Positions 1 to 8,045 of a stretch of DNA of 32,000 bases are shown here, one piece after another. This stretch comes from Candidatus Mycobacterium methanotrophicum (GTDB lineage Bacteria; Actinomycetota; Actinomycetes; Mycobacteriales; Mycobacteriaceae), in assembly GCF_910591625.1 (NCBI RefSeq), contig NZ_CAJUXY010000041.1. One strand, written 5' to 3'. The position numbers were made by a program, and so were the translations under genes. Below the pieces are notes generated by a model. The model was not told where the DNA came from. It searched no databases and worked only from the letters and a program-made list of their open reading frames with translations. Within the stretch, counting starts at the first letter, position 1; each line of letters begins with the position of its first letter.

Positions 1-384
1 GGCGCCGAGGTCACCGGCCCGCTGGGCGGTGGCGGTGGCTTCCAACAACGGCGGCAGCGCTTCACCGGTCAGCGCGCGCTGCTCACCCAGATCGGCGGCG
101 TCGTGGATGCGCCGGGATGCCTCGGCGCGGCTGATCCGCAGCCGATTCGCCAACGCCTGCGCCAGCCTGCCGCCCAGCTCGGCTTCGCTGGCCTGGCGGG
201 CCAGCTGGTTGATCAGGCCATGCCCGGCCGCGGGCAGGCGGCGTATCTCGGTTTCCAGACGTTGCAGCAGGGCCAGGCATTCCGGGGTGGTCAGCACGTC
301 GGCGGGCACGTCGAGCACGTCAGAGACCGCATCGTGCAGCGCGTCATAGCGCTTCACCACGTCCTCACCGCAACTCGAATGCAT
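1..384 (-). CDS. DUF222/HNH-endonuclease family protein (mycobacterial 13E12-repeat type), N-terminal 128 codons; 3' end lies beyond base 1
   Basis: Absent from the ORF track because it is open to the window edge. Reverse-strand ATG at 384..382 reads [128 protein letters not shown] with no stop down to base 1. This matches the N-terminal DUF222 pattern of REP13E12 proteins as I recall it from Rv1148c-like sequences. Confidence 0.6.
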   Translation of the reverse strand, partial: MHSSCGEDVVKRYDALHDAVSDVLDVPADVLTTPECLALLQRLETEIRRLPAAGHGLINQLARQASEAELGGRLAQALANRLRISRAEASRRIHDAADLGEQRALTGEALPPLLEATATAQRAGDLGA

Positions 385-485
385 GTTCGAACACTATCGC
401 CGCCGCCCGACGAAAACCCAGCCCGCAACACCAATCTGTGGATAAAAACCCAACTGTGGATAAAAGCGTTAGTCGCTACGAGCGG

Positions 486-521
486 TTGACAGTTACTTAC
501 CGTTCGTACATACTTACCGAT
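486..521 (+). promoter_or_regulatory. Candidate promoter/operator of the arsR-like gene (leaderless geometry)
   Basis: TTGACA (486-491), then 17 nt, CATACT (509-514), 7 nt, then ATG 522. A 9-bp direct repeat TACTTACCG lies at 494-502 and 511-519. The region is AT-rich relative to its surroundings. Confidence 0.35.
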
Positions 522-881
522 ATGGCTGCTTCCGTGGACGCCGTATTGGATGCCCTGGGGGACCGCACCCGACGCAGCATTCTGGACAGGCTCTCAGCCG
601 GTCCGGTCGCCGTCGGGGTATTGGCCGATCAGTTACCGGTGTCGCGGCCCGCGGTATCCCAGCACCTACGGGTGCTCAAAGATGCTGAGCTCGTCATCGA
701 ATCGGTGGCCGGCACCCGGCGGCTCTACCGCATCGATAAGTCAGGGTTACGTGTTGTGCGCGAGTATTTCGACCGGTTCTGGGAGACCACTCTCGACAAC
801 TTCGCGATTCTCGCTGAAGCCGAAGCCCGCGACGACACCCGCGAACGCGGCACCAGGCCCCGTCGGGGCAAGAAGGGGTGA
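522..881 (+). CDS. ArsR/SmtB-family transcriptional regulator
   Basis: ORF 438..881 trimmed to ATG 522. Winged-helix signature LGDRTRRSILDRLSAGPVAVGVLADQLPVSRPAVSQHLRVLKDAELV. An SRPBCC gene follows, which is a common ArsR pairing. Confidence 0.85.
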   Translation: MAASVDAVLDALGDRTRRSILDRLSAGPVAVGVLADQLPVSRPAVSQHLRVLKDAELVIESVAGTRRLYRIDKSGLRVVREYFDRFWETTLDNFAILAEAEARDDTRERGTRPRRGKKG

Positions 882-955
882 AGTAGACCGATGGATACCG
901 AATCCGATTCCGCTGTAGAGGTTTTACGGTCAGTGAGTGTGCCGCTGCAGCAGGC

Positions 956-2109
956 TAGTGGTCCGTCTCAGTTTTGGCTAACTACTTGTTCGAGTGTTGT
1001 GCGTGCGCGCTGGACTTTGGCGAGGATGGATTCGGCGGTTGCGGTCCAGACGTAGGGTTTGGGATCGGCGTTGTGCGCGTTGAGGTATTCCTCGATACTG
1101 GCGATCAGGTCCGGCACGCTGCCGAATACTCCACGGCGCAGATTCTTGTCGGTCAGGTCACGAAACCAGCGCTCGACCTGGTTGAGCCACGACGACGAGG
1201 TCGGGATGAAGTGTAGATGAAACCGGTTGTGGCGCTTGAGCCAGCGGTCGACTTCGGCGTGCTTATGGGTGCTGTAATTGTCCAGAATCAAATGGATCTG
1301 CAATCCCTGGGGGACTTCGCGGTCGATGGCGTTCAAGAACTTCAGGAACTCAGTGTGACGGTGCCGCGGCAGGCACTGGCCGATCACCGTGCCGGTCAAC
1401 ACGTCCAGCGCCGCGAACAGCGTGGTGGTGCCGTTGCGCTTGTAGTCATGGGTCATCGTGCCCGCTCGGCCGGCCACCATCGGCAACGAGGCCTGTGTGC
1501 GGTCCAAAGCTTGGATCTGGGACTTCTCGTCCATGCACATCACGATCGCCTTCTCCGGCGGGTTGAGGTAGAGGCCGACCACGTCGACGAGTTTCTCCTC
1601 GAACTTCGGATCGTTGGACACCTTGAACGTGTCGATCAGGTGCGGCTTGAGCCCTAGATCCGACCAAATACGTTGCACCGTTGCAGAACTGACTCCCACC
1701 CGCTTGGCCATCGTGCGACACGACCAGTGCGTAGCTCCAACCGGGGTCGTCGTCGTGGTCAACCGGACGATCTCGGCAATGGTCTGCTCGCTGATCGAGG
1801 GCTTGCGGCCCCGGCCCTCGCGGATCTTCTCCAACCCGGCCAACCCGTCCTGCCCGAATCGCTTGCGCCACGACCGCACCGTCATCGCCGTCACCCCCAC
1901 CTCCTCGGCGATCACCATGTTGGCCACCCCATCGCCAGCCAGCAACAACGCCCTGGCCTGAAGCACCTGACGATGCGGTGCCGACTGCGCCCGCGCCAGC
2001 CTCTCCAACGTTTCCCGCTCACCGGCCGACAACGGCAATGGCACTGCTGGTGCACTCATCCCACCAGAATACCGAACAACTACCTATTTATTTGCGAGAC
2101 ACACCACTA
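956..2109 (-). mobile_element. IS630-family insertion sequence (1150 bp, 958..2107) with duplicated TA target
   Basis: TA at 956-957 and at 2108-2109. The termini GTGGTCCGTCTC (958-969) and GAGACACACCAC (2096-2107) are inverted repeats (10/12). A further matching block TACTTGTTCG/CGAACAACTA lies about 25 nt inside each end. One transposase ORF fills the element. Confidence 0.85.
968..2059 (-). CDS. IS630-family DDE transposase
   Basis: 363 aa. N-terminal HTH region (LSAGERETLERLARAQSAPHRQVLQARALLLAGDG...MTVRSWRKRF). Catalytic-region motifs MDEKSQIQAL, LILDNYSTHKH and SWLNQVERWF are typical of IS630/Tc1-mariner-like bacterial transposases. Confidence 0.9.
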   Translation of the reverse strand: MSAPAVPLPLSAGERETLERLARAQSAPHRQVLQARALLLAGDGVANMVIAEEVGVTAMTVRSWRKRFGQDGLAGLEKIREGRGRKPSISEQTIAEIVRLTTTTTPVGATHWSCRTMAKRVGVSSATVQRIWSDLGLKPHLIDTFKVSNDPKFEEKLVDVVGLYLNPPEKAIVMCMDEKSQIQALDRTQASLPMVAGRAGTMTHDYKRNGTTTLFAALDVLTGTVIGQCLPRHRHTEFLKFLNAIDREVPQGLQIHLILDNYSTHKHAEVDRWLKRHNRFHLHFIPTSSSWLNQVERWFRDLTDKNLRRGVFGSVPDLIASIEEYLNAHNADPKPYVWTATAESILAKVQRARTTLEQVVSQN

Positions 2110-2550
2110 GGGCCTTCGAGTTGTTCACCGCACGGATGACCGAGTTCTGGCCCACCGAACACTCAATCGGTGCATCCGAGTTGGCCGACGTGGTGATCGA
2201 ACCGCGAACCGGCGGACGGTGGTTCGAACGCGGCGTCGACGGCAGCGAATGTCAGTGGGGGCGGGTGGCTGCCTGGGATGATCCGCCGCGAAAAGTGGTG
2301 TTGCTCTGGCAGATTGGAGTCGATTGGCAGTTCGATCCAGAGTTCGAGACCGAGGTTGAGGTGACGTTCAGCGAGGAGGGCCCGGGCCGCTCCCGACTGG
2401 ATCTACGGCATCGCAACCTGCAGCGCTACGGCGACCACACCGACCGGATGCGAGCAATTTTCGACGGTCCCTCGGGCTGGACCGGGGCACCCTGGCCGGA
2501 TTCGTCGACCTCGCAGCGACGCAAGCCACGCCGGGTCACTGAGGCTTCCG

Positions 2551-3111
2551 ATGCAGGACACGTCCACGATGCAGCTGGCGTGCGAGGAACGCCAAGACTT
2601 TGCCGCCTTCCTCGATGAACTGTCGCCGCAGCACTGGGAGCTGCCGAGCTTGTGCGAGTTATGGCGAGTGCGCGACGTCGTCGCGCATGTGATCAGCTAT
2701 GACCAGCTCAGCCGTTGGCAGCTTGCGTGCCGGTTCGCCAAAGGCGGGCTCGTGCCCGCGCGCATTAACGCGCTCGGTGTTGCGGAGTACGCCGGACGCT
2801 CGCCCCGGCAGCTCAGCGAGCTGATGCGCACGTGCATCCCGCCACGCGGACTGACGTCGGCATTCGGCGGCATGATCGCTTTGGTAGACGGGATGGTCCA
2901 CCAGCAAGATATCCGGCGACCCCTGGGCATTGAGCGGGTCATCCCACCGCAGCGCTTGCAGCGGGTGCTCGACCTCGCGTTGCGCGCACCGACAACGCGC
3001 GGCGCCCGGAAAGCCCGCGGCTTGCGGCTGATCGCCACCGACGTGGACTGGGCATACGGCGATGGACTCGAGGCGACCGGCCCGGCAGGCTTACCAGTCG
3101 GCCGGGTCTGA
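2551..3111 (+). CDS. DinB-fold / mycothiol-dependent maleylpyruvate-isomerase-like family protein (possibly C-terminally truncated)
   Basis: 186 aa. The N-terminus ERQDFAAFLDELSPQHWELPSLCELWRVRDVVAHV matches the actinobacterial TIGR03083-type family as I recall it. GAGG lies 6 nt upstream of ATG 2551. The ORF ends 21 nt inside the convergent STAS gene, just after ...DVDWAYGDGLEATGPAG, where family members usually continue for about 25 aa. Confidence 0.6.
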   Translation: MQDTSTMQLACEERQDFAAFLDELSPQHWELPSLCELWRVRDVVAHVISYDQLSRWQLACRFAKGGLVPARINALGVAEYAGRSPRQLSELMRTCIPPRGLTSAFGGMIALVDGMVHQQDIRRPLGIERVIPPQRLQRVLDLALRAPTTRGARKARGLRLIATDVDWAYGDGLEATGPAGLPVGRV

Positions 3112-3534
3112 CAGCGACAGCGCAGCGTCGACGCTCTCATCGACCGCCAGCACTTCGCCCAGCCCGCAGGCGGCGACAATCCGAGAGACAATCGGCTGAT
3201 TGCTCACCACTCGCAGCTGGACTCCGCGCCGACGGCAGCGCTCCGCCTCCTCGGCCAGCGCCGCGTAGGCGCAGCAGCCCATGAAGTCCAGGCCGTTGGC
3301 GTCGACCACCAGCGATCCCGGCGGGTCCGCGGCGGCGGCCGCCTCGCTGAGCAGGCGGCGCCAGGTGCCTTCGTTGGAGGCGTCCAGCTCCCCGCCGGCG
3401 CTGACGACGACTGCCCGGCCGATGCGCTCGGCGGTCGTCCGGAGCGTGCTTTTGGCCTGTGCGAGTTCGGAAACCAGGCGGCTGCTGAGCATGAGGTGAC
3501 TAACAGATGGCTCTGCGATGGCAAATGTGCTCAT
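3091..3534 (-). CDS. STAS-domain anti-sigma-factor antagonist (anti-anti-sigma factor)
   Basis: ORF 3091..3783 trimmed to ATG 3534, which has AGGAGG 6 nt upstream. Sequence AVVVSAGGELDASNEGTWRRLLSEA...LVVDANGLDFMGCCAYAALAEEAERCRRRGVQLRVVSNQPIVSRIVAACGL is the SpoIIAA/RsbV-like STAS pattern. Confidence 0.8.
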   Translation of the reverse strand: MSTFAIAEPSVSHLMLSSRLVSELAQAKSTLRTTAERIGRAVVVSAGGELDASNEGTWRRLLSEAAAAADPPGSLVVDANGLDFMGCCAYAALAEEAERCRRRGVQLRVVSNQPIVSRIVAACGLGEVLAVDESVDAALSLSDPADW

Positions 3535-4029
3535 TTTGGTCCTCCTAGTCGGCGGACGCTGTGCGTCGCGACTTTTGGGATGCCCGCCCTGCAATGCTGA
3601 AGACCGACCTCGATTAGCAGATATCAAATTTATAACAGAGCCCCGTTGGGTTTGTCCATCGAACGGGCCTAAGAATCTGGTAAGGCAAGTAGGACCACGA
3701 CCGCTTGACCCGCTGCTCAGCAAATTTTCAGGTTCGCCATCCGGGGGGCCTGCCCCCAGTGCTGTGGCCTGCAGAAGTGTCACGCACTGTGGCCGCTAAA
3801 AACCTGCTATGGCAACATATTCAGCTGCGCTAGGGTGCGGACGACACCGCCCGGCAACGGTGGTGGACCAGCAATCAGCGCACCCGTAGCGCATGCTTGG
3901 CAAAAGACCAAAAAGGCAGGCGCGGAGTTTTCCCTGACGCCTTTTGACGGGTATCGAAAAATGGGCAGGAATAGTTGTCGCGACGTGCGTTGGCGGCGTC
4001 GATGCGCCTGGAAATAACAACGGCGATGC

Positions 4030-4686
4030 TCAGGCGGTCGGGTGGCCGGTGTCGCTGGGGTGCTCGGCCCCGAGTTCGATGATCGCGCGGGATGCACGCT
4101 CGCGCAGCAAGATTGCGGCGACCCCCCCGCACACGGCAGCGACGAGCAATGCAATCCAGGAGAAGCGGGTGAGCCATCTTTCGGCGGCCACGCCCGCGTA
4201 GTAGACCAACGCGGTGGTGCCGCCCGCCCAACAGATCGCGCCCGAAACGTTGGCGCTAAAAAACTTTGGGTAGCGCATCTTTAGCGCCCCGGCCAGTGGC
4301 CCGGCGAGTATCCGCAGTAACGCGATGAAACGGCCTAAGAACACCGCTCGCGCCCCCCAGCGGTCAAACAGCCGCTCGGCAAACCTCACATGTCCGGGGC
4401 CGAAGTGGTTGGGGAAGCGCCGACCTAACCGGTCGAACAGCGGCAGGCCGAGTCGGCGGCCGATGGCGTAGCCGGTCGAGTCGCCGAGCACCGCTCCGAG
4501 CACCGCGGCGGTCCCGACACCGATCGGGTTGACGGCCAGCTCGTGCCGCGACGACAAAAGTGCTGCGCTGACGAGAACGATCTCGCCCGGCAGCGGAATG
4601 CCCAGGCTCTCGACACCGACCACGACGCCGACCATCGCGTACACCGTGAGCGGGGAGATCGACTGCAACAGGGCATCCACCGTCAT
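4030..4686 (-). CDS. dedA: DedA-family inner-membrane protein
   Basis: 218 aa and multi-TM. Carries the DedA signature ESLGIPLPGEIVLVSAALL ... LGDSTGYAIGRRLG ... FGRFIALLRILAGPLAGALKM. Confidence 0.85.
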   Translation of the reverse strand: MTVDALLQSISPLTVYAMVGVVVGVESLGIPLPGEIVLVSAALLSSRHELAVNPIGVGTAAVLGAVLGDSTGYAIGRRLGLPLFDRLGRRFPNHFGPGHVRFAERLFDRWGARAVFLGRFIALLRILAGPLAGALKMRYPKFFSANVSGAICWAGGTTALVYYAGVAAERWLTRFSWIALLVAAVCGGVAAILLRERASRAIIELGAEHPSDTGHPTA

Positions 4687-4689
4687 GGG

Positions 4690-4878
4690 TTAAGAATGCC
4701 CGACCCCTGGGCAGGGTGCGGCGGTGACTGGCTCCGGCTCGCCCACCCGGCAGGCCCAGCCGACCGCAATGTCGAGGTCCGCGGCGACGATGTGGTCGGG
4801 CGCGGTGATCGTGATCGGCGTCGGCGCCCCGCTGATCGGCTCACATTCGGGCAAGCAGCACGCGGCCGGGAACGTCAA
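4690..4878 (-). CDS. Small Cys-rich hypothetical protein (62 aa) immediately upstream of dedA
   Basis: G/C is very strongly enriched at third codon positions in this frame, by eye. TAA at 4690-4692 ends 3 nt before the dedA ATG (4686). The only start is TTG 4878, which has no SD. No family recognised. Confidence 0.4.
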   Translation of the reverse strand: MTFPAACCLPECEPISGAPTPITITAPDHIVAADLDIAVGWACRVGEPEPVTAAPCPGVGHS

Positions 4879-4909
4879 GGGAGGGTAGGGGTTTCATCCG
4901 CTCACGGCC

Positions 4910-5842
4910 GTGGTGCGGCAATACCGGGGAGTTGCTGGCGGAAGGCAGGAATGGCTGGATCGGCCCAGTTACCGGTTCGAGCACCTGGTGGCGATAGCCT
5001 TCAACACGCTGGGCGGCAGCCGGGATCGCGTCGCCAACGCACTCAACGGGGTATGGCTCGGGCATCCAGTGCACCCACCGTTGGCGTCGTTGACCAGCGG
5101 CGCGGTCGGGACCACGGTCGGTTTGGACGCCATCAACCTGCTGCCGGGCCGGCCGAAGTCGGAATTCCGCGATGCATCGCGATTCGCTTCGCGTGCGCTG
5201 GGCCTGGGGATCCTGGCGAGCTTGGGTTCGGCGGTCACCGGCGTTGCGGATTGGCAGCACACCCACGGAGAAGACCGCCGCGTCGGGTCGGTGCACGGCG
5301 TGTTGAACGGCCTGGCCACCGGCCTCTACATCATGTCGTGGTTGGATCGCCGCCGCGGGCGGCACGGCCGCGGGATCCTCACCAGCGCGCTTGGCTACGG
5401 CATCACCGTCAGCGCGAGTTACCTGGGCGGGGCTTTGGTGTTCGGCTCGGGGATCGGCACCGACCAATCCGGAGCGCGCCTGAGAACTCCGGACTGGACG
5501 CCGGTGCTGGCGGTGGAGTCGCTGAGGAACGGCACGCCGCAGCGCGTCGAGGTCGACGGCGTCGGCCTGGTGGTGTGCCGGACCGGCGACGACGGCGCGG
5601 TTGCGGCGTTCGGTGAGCTCTGCCCGCACCTGGCTGCCCCGATGAGTGACGGTTGGGTCGATCGCGGCCGGTTGGTGTGCCCGTGGCATGGGTCGCGATT
5701 CGATATCGGCTCGGGAGCGGTAGTGCGCGGCCCGTCAGCGGCGCCGTTGCCGCGTTACCAGACGCGTGTCAACGACGGGATGATCGAGTTGCGTGGCGAC
5801 GGTCTCCATGCGCTTGCGGCCGGACGAGCAGTGGCTAAGTGA
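4910..5842 (+). CDS. Membrane-anchored Rieske [2Fe-2S] protein (DUF2231-like N-terminal TM domain + Rieske domain)
   Basis: Rieske motifs CPHLAAPM and CPWHGSRF are separated by 17 aa. The N-terminal half has HPxHP-type TM segments (WLGHPVHPPLASL). The start (GTG 4910/4913) is uncertain. Confidence 0.8.
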   Translation: MVRQYRGVAGGRQEWLDRPSYRFEHLVAIAFNTLGGSRDRVANALNGVWLGHPVHPPLASLTSGAVGTTVGLDAINLLPGRPKSEFRDASRFASRALGLGILASLGSAVTGVADWQHTHGEDRRVGSVHGVLNGLATGLYIMSWLDRRRGRHGRGILTSALGYGITVSASYLGGALVFGSGIGTDQSGARLRTPDWTPVLAVESLRNGTPQRVEVDGVGLVVCRTGDDGAVAAFGELCPHLAAPMSDGWVDRGRLVCPWHGSRFDIGSGAVVRGPSAAPLPRYQTRVNDGMIELRGDGLHALAAGRAVAK

Positions 5843-6054
5843 ACGCCTACACCGTGTTGCAGGATCACCACAAGGTGCTCAAGGGGCTGATCAAAAAAAT
5901 CTCGAACACTCCGGCCGTCGTCCCCGAACGTCAGGCATATCTCGACGACCTGCTGGTTGAACTGGACATCCATTTCCGCATCGAGCAGCTGCGCGAGTCG
6001 ACGGTTCACAAGCTGCGGGTGAAGGGCAGAAAGTCGGTGCTGCGGGCCCTGTAG
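5839..6054 (+). pseudogene. Hemerythrin-like (HHE) protein remnant, 71 codons
   Basis: MNAYTVLQDHHKVLKGLIKKIS...LLVELDIHFRIE resembles the N-terminus of the mycobacterial hemerythrin-like protein (Rv2633c type, from memory). The ORF is less than half the expected length. Confidence 0.5.
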
Positions 6055-6077
6055 AGCCCGCGATCACCGACACCCGT

Positions 6078-6516
6078 TCAGCTGCGGCCGATTCCGGCCA
6101 TCATAAGCGGTGTCTGCACTCGCCTGTCCTCGGCGAATCGGGCGGCCGCCGCACCGGCGTCCTCACCCGAGAGCAGGCCGGCGCCGACCACAGCGTCCGC
6201 AGGCTCTCCAAGGACAGCCTGAAGAAGTCGAAGCCGGGCGAGTGGGAGTCGATGATCGGCGTGCGGCCCTCGCCGCGAACGTTCGACAACGCGGCGGCCG
6301 TACCGTGGCTCGAATCCGGCCTGCTGCATGAAGGTGATGATGGCGTCGACCACCCGGTCGACCATCCGGTCGAACCGCGGGTCGTCGTCCTCGAAGCCGA
6401 AACCGGTCCAGTCGTAGTCTTCGACGACCATCCAGCCGCCGGGACGCAGCGCGGCCGCGAGGCGCTCGAGGATTCGTCGGCGCTCGGTCAGATGCTCGAG
6501 CACCAGCCGGGCCCCG
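6078..6516 (-). pseudogene. Class I SAM-dependent methyltransferase, 3' fragment (SAM-binding N-terminal part missing)
   Basis: (A)RLVLEHLTERRRILERLAAALRPGGWMVVEDYD is the post-motif-II/III part of a class I methyltransferase. Similarity stops at about 6516, exactly where the 58-bp repeat begins. No motif I (xxDxGxGxG) lies upstream. Confidence 0.6.
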
Positions 6517-6574
6517 AGACTTAAGCCTTTGCGACGTGCGTCGGCGTGTCGTCACAACGGTTTACGTGTCGCGG
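6517..6574. repeat. 58-bp direct repeat, copy A (partner 7447..7504; 53/58 identical)
   Basis: AGACTTAAGCCTTTGCGACGTGCGTCGGCGTGTCGTCACAACGGTTTACGTGTCGCGG versus AGACTTAAACCAATGCGACGTGCCTCGGCGTGTCGTCACACCGGTTTACGTGTCGCGG. Copy A comprises the last 23 nt of the DUF559 CDS plus the 35 nt downstream of it. Confidence 0.85.
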
Positions 6575-7409
6575 CACCTCGGGAGATGAGCGCGGCGCGA
6601 ACCCGGCGCAGGACGTCGTGGGGGGAATCCTCGGCGATCACCCGGATGACGATCCAACCCATAGCCTCAAGCTTGCGTAGTCTTCGTTGATCCTTGGCGT
6701 ATTGCCGACGGTTGGTCCGGTGATGATCGCCGTCGTACTCGACCGCCAGTTTGTACTCCGGCCAACCCATATCGAGCACGGCGACCAGCCGCCAATTCTC
6801 GTGTACCGGTATCTGGGTGGTTGGGGCCGGAAGTCCGGCGTTGATCAACAACATCCGCAGCCAGCTCTCTTTTGGTGACGCAGCCCCGCCGTCGACAAGT
6901 GGTAACGCAGCGCGCAGCCGTCGTAGCCCCCGAGCGCCCGGATAACGCTTGGCGAGCAAGAGCACATCCTCGACCGCAAACGGAGCGGCTCGCATCAGTG
7001 CGTCGAGTCGCGCCACCGCCTCGCCACGCGGCAGCCGCCGACCAAAATCGAATGCCGTGCGGGCGGGCGTGGTCACCGGAAGCCGCGCGACATGGGTGAC
7101 CTCATCACTGTCGACCCGTTGGTTTCGAGTCACAACGCCTGCCGGTGGATGCGGGTTGCGCCAGATCAACTCGATGGGTGCGTCGTCGTCGATCCAACTC
7201 GAACCATGCAGTGCCGCCGCGGCGAGTCCGGCCAACACCCCACGCCGCCCCGACCACAGCCACGCCGCTTCTGAGCGCGTTCGCAGCGATGGAGCCGCCC
7301 AGTTCGGCACGTAAACGTCGGGATAGATTGCCCGGAATCGCGACCGGAGCCGATAGGCGGTCAGCTTGCCCTGCCGCACCGCCTCGCTGCCGATGAACAC
7401 ATCGCTCAT
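6552..7409 (-). CDS. DUF559 / Vsr-like endonuclease-domain protein
   Basis: 285 aa. The C-terminus LDMGWPEYKLAVEYDGDHHRTNRRQYAKDQRRLRKLEAMGWIVIRVIAED is the DUF559 restriction-endonuclease-like fold signature common in mycobacteria. Confidence 0.75.
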   Translation of the reverse strand: MSDVFIGSEAVRQGKLTAYRLRSRFRAIYPDVYVPNWAAPSLRTRSEAAWLWSGRRGVLAGLAAAALHGSSWIDDDAPIELIWRNPHPPAGVVTRNQRVDSDEVTHVARLPVTTPARTAFDFGRRLPRGEAVARLDALMRAAPFAVEDVLLLAKRYPGARGLRRLRAALPLVDGGAASPKESWLRMLLINAGLPAPTTQIPVHENWRLVAVLDMGWPEYKLAVEYDGDHHRTNRRQYAKDQRRLRKLEAMGWIVIRVIAEDSPHDVLRRVRAALISRGAATRKPL

Positions 7410-7446
7410 GCATGGACGGTGTTATGGCCGACCCAGATGGTTCCGC

Positions 7447-7504
7447 AGACTTAAACCAATGCGACGTGCCTCGGCGTGTCGTCACACCGGTTTACGTGTC
7501 GCGG
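7447..7504. repeat. 58-bp direct repeat, copy B
   Basis: See copy A. On the minus strand it retains a ghost 3' end, ...SATRKPV*, of a DUF559-like ORF. It lies 38 bp upstream of the DUF559 start and 15 bp downstream of the DUF1990 stop. Confidence 0.85.
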
Positions 7505-7518
7505 ACCAAACGCGGCGG

Positions 7519-8001
7519 TCACACCGCGTGGACGTAGCGTTTGGCGATCATCCGCTGGGCCAGCGACGTGAGCGGGCCGCCGGCTTTGCTCCACCAGATC
7601 ACCGGCCGGGAGAACGACGAAACCTCCGCATACACCGCGGCGGTGACCGGGTCGTGGCGCACCACGAACCGTTGCTCACCGGACTCGGGGTGCCCGGGCA
7701 GGGTGCCATACGCAAAGCCCCGCACGTCGGGTTCGTCGATGACGTACACCACGCGGCACGGGGCTTTCAGGAAAGCCATCTTGACCAGCACCACCGCGCC
7801 GACCTCGACCACGTCGCTGCTGGCCTGGACGCGCAATCCGGCGCCGCGCTGCATACCCCAATGCATGAGCGCGTCAGCGGCCTCCAGGAAACGCTGGTGA
7901 CCGGCGCCGATCTGGGTTACAAAGCCGAGATGGCGGTATCCCGGCGGCGGAGGCCCGGCGGTCGCACCGACTTCGGGATAGGTCAGCGGCATGGTGCCCA
8001 T
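7519..8001 (-). CDS. DUF1990-domain protein
   Basis: ORF 7519..8100 trimmed to ATG 8001 (or 7992, MPLTYPEVGAT). LTYPEVGAT...PPGYRHL...APCRVVYVIDEPDVRGFAYGTLPGHPESGEQRF is the DUF1990 pattern. Confidence 0.7.
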   Translation of the reverse strand: MGTMPLTYPEVGATAGPPPPGYRHLGFVTQIGAGHQRFLEAADALMHWGMQRGAGLRVQASSDVVEVGAVVLVKMAFLKAPCRVVYVIDEPDVRGFAYGTLPGHPESGEQRFVVRHDPVTAAVYAEVSSFSRPVIWWSKAGGPLTSLAQRMIAKRYVHAV

Positions 8002-8045
8002 CGCGTACAAGTCCACCTGCCTGAGCTTGCCACGCCGCGGTCCGG

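Larger units (their letters stand above)
891..2618 (+). pseudogene. SRPBCC/AHSA1-like (activator of Hsp90 ATPase homologue-like) gene interrupted by an IS630-family element
   Basis: ATG 891 gives MDTESDSAVEVLRSVSVPLQQA and is broken at TA 956-957. Deleting 958..2109 restores CAG GCT AGG GCC TTC GAG, i.e. ...PLQQARAFELFTARMTEFWPTEHSIG..., exactly in frame with ORF 2121..2618. A second lesion may lie near 2484-2487 (see findings). Confidence 0.8.

Noticed and set aside
4543-5616. Long ORFs out of frame with, or antisense to, well-supported genes. Examples: 4543..5616 +, 4841..5689 -, 8124..9383 -, 8983..9975 -, 10153..11259 -, 13604..15046 -, 14545..15594 -, 15784..16686 -, 16158..17369 -, 17921..19339 -.
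   Set aside because: These are typical shadow ORFs of high-GC DNA. Their products are Arg/Pro/Gly-rich and low in complexity. They carry no family motifs. Each overlaps a gene with clear homology and proper third-position G/C bias.
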